Shown here one piece after another: positions 39,674 to 52,900 of a stretch of DNA of 64,000 bases. Below the pieces are notes generated by a model. It ran no database searches, was not told the origin of the DNA, and saw only the letters and a list, made by a program, of their open reading frames with translations. Made by a program: the position numbers and the translations under genes. Numbering within the stretch: the stretch's first letter is position 1; the number at the start of each line of letters is the position of its first letter. The stretch comes from Takakia lepidozioides (Eukaryota; Plantae; Bryophyta). The stretch is taken from assembly GCA_030704615.1 (NCBI GenBank), contig CM060731.1:85994001-86058000 (forward strand), in the 5' to 3' direction.

Positions 39674-39905
39674 TGCCCATTCCGGCTATGACAGTTAGGA
39701 CACACTTGTATAGATGTGGCTTGCCACAAAATTTGCAATAAAATGTTGCATTTCATTGCTATGACGAGTCCACTGGTGCCAAATTCCAACTTCATATGAT
39801 CCTATTTCCGTGCCTCCTAACCCTATTTCCGTGGACACACAATGGTCCGCTCATGTTTTTTTTTTTTCTGCTCATGCTCATGCCGCTCATGAAATAACAG
39901 CCCCC

Positions 39906-40505
39906 TGTGTAGTCAGGCCGGATTGGTCTATGAGAACCACCACGGTGCATCTGAGCAGGCAGAGATTGAAACACCCAAGCTGACTCTCCCAAGAACCTTG
40001 CAGTAAACATCAGGAAGAACACCAAATCATGGTACTAACAAATGCATCTCAGGGCCGAGTCTGATGAGAGGGCAAAACAGGTTGAAATAGGTCAAAGAAA
40101 AAGGTGCCCTCACCAGACTGTCCTTGACCTTGTGTCATGACCCATGGAGGATTTGACCGACCATCAACCCAAAAGGACCTCTTGTGTGTGCTGTTTGTGT
40201 CTGTAGTCAGGTAATGTCGGATTGATCTGTGAGAACCACCACGGTGCATCTGAGCAGGTAGAGATTGAACACGGCCTGCTAAGACCAAAAGCTGACTCTC
40301 CCAAGAACCTTGCAAACATCAAGAAGAATGCCAAATCATGGTACTGACAGGAGCCAAGAGCCCACCTTTGCAGGATGGGCAAACTTCTTCAGATCGTACA
40401 TTAAAAAAAAGCGACACCCTTCCCCCATCATTTGCTTGATCCTTCATCTGCCAAGACAATCTCTTCAGCAAGTCTTCAGCTCAGCATGGATTTCCTCAAT
40501 TCGTT
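39906..40505 (-). other. Minus-strand PPR-locus fragments (local duplication and a DYW-domain scrap)
   Basis: Reverse complement of motifs at 29745-29850 and 34905-34985. 40440-40503 matches the GAAATCCATGCTGAGCTGA...GCAGATGAAGGA segment at 32100. Confidence 0.7.
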
Positions 40506-41094
40506 GAGAGCTTGCAGCTTGCAAGGTGAACGATGGCGGAAAACGCAGATCAAGAAGATCAAGATCCGAGCATTTCGGGCAGTTCCGAAAACGTTGGCGC
40601 GGCAATTTCTATTGGCGTATTTCCCACCAAAAGGCAGGGGACGAGGGACGAGGGAAGAAAAAAAAAAAAACAAAGGGGTGCTAGGAGATCGGCGACTGCG
40701 ATGCCATGCCCTAAATCCGGATGGTCTGGATACAACCGCGTTTGGACGGGCAAATGCGCGCCACGTCTGCGCGGGTCTGCTCTGTTGTGCGGGTTCGGCG
40801 TGGTCTGCTGGACGACATATAGACCCAGCGGGCAGACCCATCGGAGGCGACTCGGGTGGACCGACACGCGGGCGGGGCCGACCACGGGCTGCCACGGCCG
40901 CGGGTGGGGGGACTGCTGTCCGCGGGCGTGTGGGTCTGCCGACCGCGCTGCGCGGCTGCCCAGTAGGGGGTGGGGGGGGGCGGGGGGTGGGCTGGGAGAC
41001 CCCGCGGCCGTGCAACCTGGCCCACACGTGAGACATAAACTCCCAATGATTCAAAAATGAGAGGCCATGTGATATTACTTTTAGCAGGTAATGC

Positions 41095-41511
41095 TGTAAA
41101 ACCAAATTCTCGCACACCCGGGTTATTCTACTTCCTCTGCGGGTTTATGCTATGAAGGGGAATATAAGCTCGGTAAAGCAGGCGAGTGAGGAAGAAGGAT
41201 CTCTCAAAGAGGAGAGGAGATCTCACAGCCGAGACACTCTATTCATCCAGAAACTCAAGTACATCTGTCACCCGTACACAAGAACACTGAAGGTACACCG
41301 GGGGCCCTTGGGCTTCCAGCTAATCCTTTATATAATCTTTGAGGGGTAATCTCATCAACCATGTTGTCTTCTCCTGATTGGCTCTTTAGATTTTAGCTAG
41401 GTTACCATCCAGATAGGATGCCACGCAGTCATTTTTAGGATAAACTAGCTGTTAATCCAAGACAACCTACTTTATTTAAAATAGACATGTCAGGTCGTCA
41501 TCTTGGCTACA
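41095..41511. mobile_element. LTR (TG...CA, ~417 bp)
   Basis: TGTAAAACCAA...TTGGCTACA terminal inverted ends, directly 3' of the truncated gypsy integrase. No matching TSD. Confidence 0.6.
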
Positions 41512-43693
41512 TCCTAATGGTCATCCATTTGCATTCATCACTGTGAATATATAGGTATGTAGAATCAATGTCATTACATATGTAAAACTCCTGGCACGCA
41601 GAGTTGCGGGATGAAAAAACCTCGGGAAAAAAAACCTTGCTTTGCAATTTGAGCGAAGGACAAAACTTTCCTGGGGAAAAACCCCATCTAGTGGCGTGTG
41701 AAATCTGAGGAGCTTGGGTTCTAGGTAGCAGGGTTTTAGTTTTACAGGGCACACACTGATGAATGAAGGTCGATACATCTTGATGTAGGCCTTTCCAGTA
41801 GTACTTCTCTTGCACCTTTTGACAATTTTGGCCACCCCCAAATGTGCAACATAGAGTGAAGCATTAAACAATTCTAATAGAGCAGGTACTGAACTCCTTT
41901 TAGAACCTCCACAGCATGCTCTTGCCCTTGAACTAAGATAACTTTTAACAGTTTCCCTTCATGCTCCCGATGAGATGGGACATGATAGTTTATCTGTCGC
42001 ATGAGCCTGGGAGGGACGCCAGGTAAATGCGACTGATGTCTATACTTGTGGAGAAGAGCCTCGTACAGGGGATTGTCCATGTCTGCGTGACACATGGCAA
42101 AAACCCCCACAGGTTAGTGCAAGCTTGACTTGGAGTGTCCGCCTCAGTGAGCTCTAGCCAGAACAGCAAGACTCCAGATTTATGGGGCAACCAAATGTGA
42201 ATACAAGCAGTCATTTTGGAGCATATCTCAGTCCCAAGGATATGGTAGGAATTAGACAGTATGCCAAAACAGAAAAAAGAAGATGTGAAACAATGGGAAT
42301 AACACCAGCCAGACCCCGTTAGTGACTACAAGTCCATGCAGCACCCAAATAAAACTAGCCTGCAACAAAAGACATCAGATCCCATGTCGACATGAGATCT
42401 GGAAGAGGAGCCCGTGTATCTGCAAATAGTGTCAAAAGGTCATGGCCACAATCCATAACAGCAGCAGCATTAGTAGTAGGTAGAGATTGACGAACAAGAT
42501 CATTGGATAGAGTAGTGTAAGGCTCTGGTGCTTCAGTCTCCCCCCTAGCTGTCAAGGCATCTGCGTTTGTATTTTTTTTGCCCTTCTTACAACAAACATC
42601 GTAATCAAATATCTGAAGGTCTAGAGCCCATTGAGCCAATCGGCCAGAGAGTACTCCTAAACAGCTGCAATTTTAGAGGGATCAGGACTTATACCAGCAC
42701 CGGACAACATATGGCCAAGAAAATGCAACTCAGACATACGGAGATCACATTTTTTTGCCTTTACTTTTAACCCAGCTGCACGTAACCTGCACAGAACTCT
42801 TCAAAGATCCACCATATGAGCCTCAAAGTTAGAAGAGTACACGTTAATGTCATCCACATAAACCAGGGCACATTCCCATCGAAGATTACCCAATACCACA
42901 TCCATTAGCCGCTGAAAGGTTGTAGTGGCGTTGCAAAGCCCAAAAGGCATGGTTTTGAACTGGAACATTCCCATTTTGCATGTAAAGGGAGTCTTTTCCT
43001 TGGCAGATTCTGTCAAAGATACTTGCCAAAATCCAACAGCCAAATCCAGCGAAGAAAAGATGGTGGCTCCATTCAACTGATCCAGGGTTTCGTTGATCCG
43101 AGGTAAAGGATAAACATCCTTCTTTGTCAAAGCATTAAGCCAGCGAAAGTCCACACAAAACCATGTAGACCCATCTTTTTTGGCAACCAAGACAATTGGA
43201 CTGGCCCAAGGAGACACAAAAGGCTTAATAACACCTAAATCTAACATCTTCTTAACCTCTTCTTGCATGATCTTTCTTTCTCTTACACTCTCTCAATATG
43301 CATATTGTTTGATAGGGTTACCCTCGGTGACAATATCATGTTTGAGAATAGAGGTTCTGCCTAAATCACGCGACCCTTGACTGAAGACATCTAGATTGTC
43401 CTTAATGATGGAAAATACCCGACCCTTCGCTTCTTCTGTCAAGCCAGAGCCTATCTTGACATCACTGAGGACAGCAAAAAAATGGGCTTCTTGTTCCTTA
43501 GTGAGTGGTCGTACCTTGGATGCAGGAACAGATTGGGATAATAGGACTAATTGATCCACTGGTCATCAAGCAACCCAAGATCTTGTAAGGTTAGAGCACT
43601 CTGAATTTCTGAAACATCATCTAGTGCTATTGCAGAAAGACGTGCTATCACCTGGCCTTTTCGAATGCGAATGGGGATCCTTTCAGGATTAGC
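41512..43693 (-). mobile_element. Ty3/gypsy pol pseudogene (RT, RNase H remnant, integrase Zn-binding domain)
   Basis: SPWASPIVLVAKKDGS, CVDFRWLN, YPLPRI, MPFGLCNA, VYVDDI; WALDLQIFDY..GKKNTNADAL; HLGVAK...YYWKGL..DV..FIHQCVPC. Confidence 0.92.
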
Positions 43694-44640
43694 TGTAGTG
43701 TGAAAAAAAAGGGGCATAAATCCCCTTCTAAGAGTTAATTTCCATACTGGTCATAGACCAGCAGATCATGTTACTTCCCCATAGCTCACACCTGCTGGTT
43801 CTTTCTATGACTAAACCCTATTTATTTACTCTAATTCTGTTTATGACCAGAGACTGTATACCCTTGTCCACGCCGCAGCAGAAGAGAATACATGGACAGG
43901 GCTGAGGTTATCTAAATTGTTTTGGGGTTCTTTTAATGAACGGATTCACCACATATGCCAGGGTTCCTTTTATGATGTTTCAACACACATATCATCACAG
44001 AGTTAGGGTTATCCATCTCCATGAGAGGTGTTCACTTGCTAATATTTGTATAACTGATCCACCGGATATAGATCAGCTTTAGTGAGAGTTCAGTACAACT
44101 ATCTTGTATCCTTTGTGGTTACTATTCAAGTCAGCCAACTCAAGGTTTTTCCAGATATGACCTCACCATGAAATCCCACCATTTCCCCTTTTACCAAGCA
44201 GCTCTCATCATCTTTCACTCTGTTTTATCTTCTCTCTGATGAGCAGTCTTGAATAAGAATCGCTAAGTCCACAAAGACATCCAGGGTGCTGGATTTTTTG
44301 CAATCAACTCATGGTATTTCCACTCACTTACTTGATGCCTTCCCCATTCCCATTTTACTGAGTGGCTCTACCATCCATCCCTTTTCTCTTCTCACTACCA
44401 CCCAACACACATGCAATCATCTGTGCATTCTTACTACATGCTGATGCAGAGTCATCAGAGCCTGATTATCCAAGTGGTGTATCCTGCAGATGTCATCATA
44501 GGAATTCAGAGTATGTACATTCTATACTCTACCCTAAAACAGACTCCTTCTCATTTTGTTACGACACTTCTATCCTTGATTACTCACTCTTATGTAAGGC
44601 AACTCTTATTCTCTCCCCGTCCTCTAGGAAGCCTATTGCC
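43694..44640. mobile_element. LTR-like insertion interrupting the gypsy element; itself hosts the LINE
   Basis: Same start motif as 12908. Interrupts the polyprotein between protease and RT. Probably resumes at ~61660-62590. Confidence 0.45.
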
Positions 44641-45394
44641 ATTGGATGGACTTGATACGGGAGTACATTAATGTCTCTGTGACTAAATGCCGGCCTTGTG
44701 ACCTCGTGTCCTTGTTTGTTTCGACCTGAAGCGCTTGGCTCCAGGTAAGGTAGTGCATTGGATTTAGTTGGAAAGCTTAGGGCATTTCCCTCTTTAGAAT
44801 ATGCCTACACGGGCCATTCCCTGCAACTCCCTGGAGTGTGATCTCTGAATGGTAACAAGCGGACCCCTACCGCTTGGGGGCAGCCCCTCCGCCCAAATTG
44901 GGCAGTCGTATGCTCTGTATAGCATACTCGACACTTGGGCTCGGGTTGGTTCATGTGCTTAAACTTATAGCCTGCGAGACCAATCAAAATTTTAGCTCCT
45001 ATCAACATCAACACTCCCCAGGGTGATTCCTGGGAATTGGTTACTTATGCCAAATCTAGGGCTTCATGTATAGTTTTTGGGGTGAATCCCAGGATGGACG
45101 ATGTGTCCTTTAAAACTACATGCTCTAGCTTAGGCTTGGATTTCATGGCTAATGGTTCCATCTCGAGACTTGATAACAGGGGTACGTTGAAGGTTGCAAT
45201 GACCAAAAGTGCTTCTAATAGAGTCCCACATCAATTCAATCTCAAAGAAGTTCGTACCTTGACTGGCTGGAGAGCGGTCTTAGACATTGGTGATTCAATG
45301 GGGCACTCTAGGAAGACAACCAAGGGCAAGGACTTCAACTTGAGAGTTTCTAATCGGTTTGATGCTTTGAATGAGGTTGAATCCAAACAGCCAG

Positions 45395-45805
45395 AAGGAC
45401 AAGATGCCCCTAAGTGTACAGAACCTGAACGTCCTGAATCTGAAGGATTTGGTACTCTGAATGGTTTACCAATCCTCAAGGTTTACACAAGACGAACAAA
45501 TTCTATACACGGGGTAATTGTCCCCAAGCCGTCAGATGGACAATCTGTCCCTAAGTGTGTAGAGCCTGAACGTCGTGTAACTGAAGGATTTGGTACTCTA
45601 AATGGTTTACCAATCCTCAAAGTCTACACAAGACGAGCAAAATCTACACACGGGGTAATTGTCCCCAAGCAGTCTGACGGACAATATACCCCTAAGTGTG
45701 CGGAGCCTGTGCGTCGTGTAACTGAAGGATGTACCCTGAATGGTTTACCAATTCTCAAAGTTTACACAAGACGAGCAAAATCTACACATGGGGTAACTGT
45801 CCCCC
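45395..45805 (+). repeat. ~140-bp in-frame triple repeat in the LINE ORF N-terminus
   Basis: PKC.EP.R...EG(F)GTLNGLPILKVYTRR..S.HGV.VP occurs three times. Confidence 0.9.
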
Positions 45806-48800
45806 CTTTGCAGAACGGTTGGCCGTCCAGGAGCAATCACAAGCTACCTAGACGACAAACAATTCACATGCAAAGGGCTGGCTTGCGGCTGGCCACTTTC
45901 AACTTCTCAGGGCTTACTAACCAAAGGAAACAACTCGAAGTGGGACAAGTCCTTCGGACTAATGATATTCATATCTGTGCTGGGCAAGAAACATGGGAAA
46001 CATTGGATAAACTGGTTGGAGATGTGAATGGTTATAAATGGGCAGGTAGGATGTGTACTCTCAAGGCAGCCTCTGCCAAACGCGGTCAAAAAGGGGTTGG
46101 ATTCTTTGTCCGTGATTTCTTGTTTGATAATTGTGAAATTATCAACAAGGGTTTGAGGTACGAGCATAGTATCTGGCTAAAACTGAATCTGAAGGGCGGC
46201 ATGAGTACGAAGGACCTCTTTGTGGGTTGTGTTTACATGCCCACAGAGGGGACCCTTAGTGCTGACGCAGACAAAGCCTTCGAAGATGTAAAGCTGGACT
46301 GTGCTTCGTTCCTTGCCAAAGGTCAGGTAGTGCTATTGGGTGACTTCAATGCCCGGGTGGGCAAAGGGCTCCATCAGGACGATATCATTGGGCCTTTTGG
46401 TGAGGACGAGCTGAATTGTAATGGTAGACGGTTAATTAACTGTCTGGAAGAGCTTCAGCTTTTGACCTTGAATAACAGGACAAGAGGTGACCAAGTGCAG
46501 TGGACTCGTGAGAAATCCCAAGCTGGGGAACGTTCCATTGTGGACTATATCATAATGGACAAAAATTTGTTTCCCTAGTGTGCCAATGTGTTGATCAACA
46601 TAACTGATATTGGTACCTCTGACCACTTCCTGGTTTGGACTGAGATCAAAGGTGTTTTCCCAACACCAAGAGATCTGTGAAATGTTCGATTCGGAAGTGG
46701 CGCATAGAAAAATTCCATAATGAGGAGGTCAAGGCTGAATACGTCCAGGCCTTGCAAGAGGCTCTCCCTCACTTTGTCCAATCGCTCCAAGAACTTCAGT
46801 CTCGCTCTGACAACGCAAGAAATGAAGTCGAAAGAGCAGTGGACTCTTGGGAGAGTTTCGTTTCCTCCGTGGCTGACAAGATCATTGGGAGGAAACTAAT
46901 TGTCTGCGGTAGAGCTGTTAATTGGTGGACCAATGAGATCAAACTCAAGATAGCTGAGAGACGAGCCCTCTATAAAGAGTGCTGCAATTTGAAAACCAAC
47001 AGAGAATTGTGGGCGAGGTACTACCAGCTCCGTAAAGATATCAATCAGCTTGTTAGGTCTCAGAAGAAATTATAATGGGATAAGTTATACAGTGAAATAA
47101 ACTCAAACCACCATGGTGGTAATGACAAGAAATTATGGTTGGCCCTTCAACGTTTGTACAAGCCTAAAAACGGTCAGCAAGTACAAGAGCTGAAGACTAC
47201 TAAAGGTGCAGTGGTGACTTCATCAGTTGACATTGTCAAAACCTTTGAAAATCACTACAGTATCCTTGGCAGAACTTCTAGGTCTAATAGTGAGGGGTCT
47301 TCTGCTGAATGGAGGGACACAGTTGGAAAAACTGTTCCTATGATTCAAAACAGCCCTGATGAACTGGAGTATATTTCAATGGCTTATAACGCTCCCATTA
47401 GTTCTTTTGAGATTGTGGAAGCAATTGAACATTTAAATGGATATAAAGCTGGTGGACCCGATGGTATTGTCAACGACCTTATCAAGCACGGTGGCGATCC
47501 CATGATAGAGGCCCTAGTTCTCCTCTTTAACCTTATCTGGAAGACTGAAATGATCCCTTTCGCTGGCGACAGGGGGTCATTGTCAATCTATACAAGAAGG
47601 GTGACAGAGAAGAACCGGGGAACTACCGTGGCATCACGCTCCTCAATGTTGTTGGCAAGACATTCTGCAGAGTTATAAGTACTTGTCTCAAGGTTGATCT
47701 GGAGTCTAGAGGTTGTTTCCACGAAGGCCAAGCTGGCTTTCGGCGAAACAGGGGCTGTGTGGATCATATCTTCAGTCTAAGCCAGATTATTCAGGGAAGG
47801 AAAAAAGAAGGGAAACCCACTTATGTTTTTTTCTGGATGTCAAAAAGGCTTATGACACAGTGTGGAGAGATGGCCTATGGTTCCGCCTCTGGTCTTGTGG
47901 GATCAAGGGAAAGATGTGGAGAGTTGTCCACAACTTGTATGCTCACACCAAAAGCTATGTCACTGTTAACGGACAGAAGTCCAACTCTTTTGACATAGAC
48001 CAAGGTGTAGCTCAAGGATGTACTCTCTCCCCTCTGCTCTTCAATGTTTTCATCAATCAACTCCTCGAGGATGTGGAAAGTGAGGGATTTGGGTTAAGGG
48101 TGGGTGATACCACCATACCAGCCCTTATGTTTGCGGATGACTTCGCAGGCATAGGGGAGACTCCAACCAATCTCCAGGAGTTGATTGATTGCGCGAAGAG
48201 ATACTTTGATCTTTGGGGGCTAGAGGCTAATGTCAGCAAATGTGCAGTGGTAGCATTCAACGACAGAGGAGAGGAGGAAGTGATCTTAAGTGGCAGTGGG
48301 GTAGCCAAGAGATCCCGGTCCATGGAGCCATCCTATTGTTTAATTTTTTCATCCATAAATGGATGTCATTGGGATGAGTTACCTGGGCGTTGAGTTTTCC
48401 TCCAATTGTAATTGGGATGCACATATCCGGAAAGTTGTTCAAACTGGCAAGGGCAAAGCTCTGGGGCTCACTAAATTTTTCCACTGCAGAGGGGTCAACT
48501 CTGAGGTTACGAAAACCATGCTTTGTCGCGTTATTTAGACCTGCCTTGGAGTACGGATCTGCTATATGGGTTGATAACTCCAACCAGGCTAAGTCTCTAG
48601 AATCCATTCAAGTGGGGGTGCTTAAGGAGTGTATGTCAGCATGCTCCAAAACAGCCAATGTGGCTGTTCGGGGTGAATTTGGCATTCCATCCTTAACCTC
48701 CCGACGAGATGAATTCAAGGTCAGATGGTGGGGTCAGCTGCAACATATGCCCAACACCAGATATCCTAAGTTAATCGACTCTATATCTTGGAAACAGGAC

Positions 48801-49921
48801 CGCCCTGTCAGACAGGCTAAGTCCTGGCGAGGTAGCCTATACTATATGCGCACACAAATGCATGCATATGGAGGAATGTATGCGTGCATACAAATTTTAG
48901 ATATGCATAGGAACAATTTTATATGCACAACACTTAAATAAGGGTACAAAAAAAAAAAAAAAAAAAATTGTGATTCATCCAATCTTAGGGTCCATAGTCA
49001 AAATTTCAAAGGATGGAATAAGAATATTCTATATAGAATATTCCATATTCATTGTATTATTATTCCACATGGGTGAGTGTAGGAATGGGAGAGGAACATG
49101 TTGCTTTGATGGCTTTCCAACATGAGAAAAAAGGTCGAAAAATTAAAAAGTGACGAGGCACGGCTCTTTGTTAGATACAAATGGTGAAGGTACGGGCTCT
49201 TCCAATGGTGGGAGTCTAGTTTGAAGTTCAGAATGGAGCAATGCTAAGGGAATGCTAGGGAGCTTGACAATGTGATGGAGATGGTCCGCCTGCGCATTTG
49301 GGTAGTAAATGGCGATGGCCCGCAAGGGAATTCAATTTTACAAAAAAACTATTGATTGGTAATCGAACCCGCAATCTCATAACTTAAAAAACATAATCCT
49401 TACCAAACCACCACCCATTTAATCTTGTTACATAGGTTTTGCAGTATCTATATATCTATCTTCTGAAACATTTTTATTTTACAAAAACATAATGTCCATC
49501 AGAGATAGAACCCACAACCTATCGGGTATCAAGCCTAGTTCATACCACTACACTACCCATTCAAACTTGAAACACCAATGAAATGAAACACTAATGAGAT
49601 AAAGATAGTCACCCTGTGTGTACATAACATGCCACAATACTCATAAGGGTTGATCTTACTAATGATGAAATTTGATAGTGCTGAAGTGCATGTCGAACTT
49701 GCATTCAGGTAAAGGGATCTATGAAATGCAGTAGAGATCTATGTACAAACTATTACATAGATAAATCAAATGACAGGAAGATAACATGAAATCTGATTTC
49801 AACACCATGTCATTTGCCCCATTTGTTTTACCTTACACTAGAGAGAAATACATGTATCATAAAAAATAACAAAAAATTCGGACTGACAATGAGGACAATG
49901 TATTGTATTTGTAATTTCTAA

Positions 49922-52900
49922 TTACCTACATAACATCATCAGCTGATACTTCATCATCCGTGTCATAAGCCTGTGATTCAGAGGCAACAACTGATCATTG
50001 GAAAGACCTACATCACGTTGTTGATGTATTGAATGCAAAGCTTGGGACTCGGCATACGAAGGTAGATAAAACGATGAAAGAGGACTTTGGGGTAGACTAT
50101 CGTAGATGGTCCGCACAATCCCATCACTGCATCACACATACATGTATACTTATATTAACAAATCAAATGGGAATGGTTTGCTTTGCAAATAATATAGAGA
50201 TTGCAACAAAGGGAATGGAGGCGAGACATACTCACTAGGAAGTACTGCCGAGATGAAGACCAAGCTTGTGCGCCACCTTAGGAGCGGGGGGTTCCAACAA
50301 ACTCACAGGACGTTGAATGGTTGGAGTTACCACAGATGAAACCAAAACGGGTTGAGTATTTTGAAGTGCAGAGAGACGTGCTGCATACAACGTCTGGTCC
50401 CCCTCAAGACCAAATACGACGTCCAGACTCGCGGGCAGCAATAAATGTAGAACCTACAGGAAAAAAACATGCAATGATGATATTATATCGGATAACAGTT
50501 AATGATCATGAATCAGCTCAGAAGATTTTAATTACAAAATGGAGACCAATGCAAACCTGTGCCAGCTGTGAGATCTAAAATGCGGGAGCCAGGAGGTGAG
50601 CATGTCTCCAACAACACTTGCATGAAGGCGGGACTACGGTCTCGTGCACCCCTCCAGGCTTGTTGAGGAGCTTGCATGGGTAGTGCAACATCTGGAATGT
50701 GGTTGTAGATGGCATCCAACTCAACAGGGTCTGCAAGGGGGTCCACAACTTTGCCAGACTCACGCAGTTTGAATAGTCCTCCTTGCTTGGTGAGGACATG
50801 GGCATGGAAGATCATGGTCTGTTAGACGTGCCATTTCCACAAAAACAGTGCACCCGGATGGTTTAATAATATGTATGAGAGTAGGAAGATGAAACATCAA
50901 ACAATGAGATATTGAAGAGGGATGATTTTTACCTTTTCTGTCTGAGTGTGTAGAGGGGTGGTATTGATGCAAGTGTATTTCCTTGATAATACGGAAATAG
51001 AGCTGCCCCTGGAGTAAGAAAAGAGCTCCAATGCAAAAGAATCATCGGAGCCCTGCAAGAACACCAAGCATCCATTGTCATCCAACAGGTCATTAGCAAT
51101 GGAGAATGCATACTCCCAATACCGTTTATCAAAAGCATTCCAGGGAGGAACCTGTACACCATCCAAACAACCCTGTACAGACATTCCTGTTGGGCAGTCC
51201 ACAATGATCATGTCCACAGCCACAGGCACGCTTTTTCCATCCACAACACTAGACCAAGTTCCTGGCAACTGCAAACAACATACAGAAAATATAGGAGTCA
51301 ATAACCGGATGATGAGGATATAAAAACATCGAAGAATTCCTTACATTCAAGTTTGTTTGTTGGGGGAAACTCACATTTTTTAAGAACTCCATGAGCTCTT
51401 TCAAGGTCGCATCAGGAGATGTACTTGAGGCCTCCACCATATCAATGAAATGAGTAGGCATGATCTTCATGCGTTACATGCTAGGTGCACCACCAGAAAA
51501 TGACACTGCACTGTAAGGATGTTCGCCTGCCTTTGGCTTGTTTCCTCGAGTAGTAGGTGCAGGCACTACAACCAACTGATTTGAAGGATGTGAAGAACTA
51601 CCAATAGGACCAGCAATAGAAGCCACACCTGCATTGGGGGCCACACCTGCATTGACATCCGCACCTTTTCTTTTTCGTGATTTGCGTTTTGGTACACCCA
51701 CAACGGCAGGGACCACTTGGGCTACAGCGTCAGCGGCCTGTGTAGCAATCTGTTCTACATGCTCCAGATCAAGAACATGGACTTCAGTGGAGATACCCCC
51801 TTCATCACTCACTGACTGCCTGCGAACACATTCCTTATGAAGTCCCATTTCTGCATAGGGGATAGTACCCTTGGGCATATCCAAATACCAACCCCCCCCT
51901 TCCCGGTGTTCCACACCCCAATCTTCCTCAATTGCAGGTGTGTACATGGAAGCTTGTTGAGCACCAAACTTCCAGGCCATCAGAAACTTGGGCTCAGCCT
52001 TAAGTCGATCACTCGGTACAAGCACAAATCTCATGTACCTAAAATACAAACACATTCAAAGTTATTGTGGAGACAAATATTTATGCAACCTGTTCAACAA
52101 TTGAACAAGCACATTAAGAAACATGTATATCCCAATGTACCAGAAAAATACTTGAAGCATAGACATTTTTGACTTACAAGGTGTATACACTATCCATGTA
52201 CAATGCAATGGAAAGTACCTGAATAAAATCCGTCTCACCACCTTCTCCCCACCTGTTTGTTGTTCCCAATCATTGCCTCTGAATGGCACCTTTGGCAATG
52301 AGAACTCTCTATGAAACAACTCATTGAAATGAGTCATCTTCCATGTATCTATGTAGTCTCCCAGACTCTCACTCTCTCCTTCCTCCAAGGCAACATGAAA
52401 TTGGCCAAGCTGAGTGGTGTACAAGGCAAACTGAGCCAAAGCAACCTTGCGAAGCTGCCAGAAAATACAGTCAGTTAAATAACTATGTTAATGTGTCATC
52501 AACAAAATGAATTAATTGCATTGAGAAGATAGTGATTGTATATGTACCTGCCACCAAAAAGTCCTTCTATTCAGCCAAGGATCAAGTGTTGGCCCACTGA
52601 TAGGCCCGGGTGGAAAAAAATTACGGTCGTGAAGTGTTTGGTCTCCATTCTATATATGTAGCCATTCCACCTTTTCTTCAGGATCCACCCGGGCGGTAGC
52701 AATGTTCACCATTTTCTCTTGGGTCATTTCCTCTGATCCTGCCTTTACACGTGACCAATGTAGTTTAAGTTCTTGGAGAAACCCCTCTCCAAGGGTTGGA
52801 TCAGCAATAGGAAGCAACTTCACAAGCTGACTCTTGTGTTGCTCCCTTGCTTTCAATCCAGCCTATCTCATTGTATTTTCAAGGCCCTCTTGACTCTTTG

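Larger units (their letters stand above)
35406..39905 (+). mobile_element. CACTA-ended transposon half D carrying the methyltransferase-like gene
   Basis: Starts CACTACTACGTTTGGGG (13 bp identical to 24443). GCGACGTC subterminal repeats at 35440-35720. Shares the 3-bp TSD AGG with end E. Confidence 0.8.

Noticed and set aside
40432-41117. Long overlapping Pro/Arg/Gly-rich ORFs
   Set aside because: GC-rich low-complexity DNA open on both strands, with no recognisable domain and no convincing Helitron or TIR ends.
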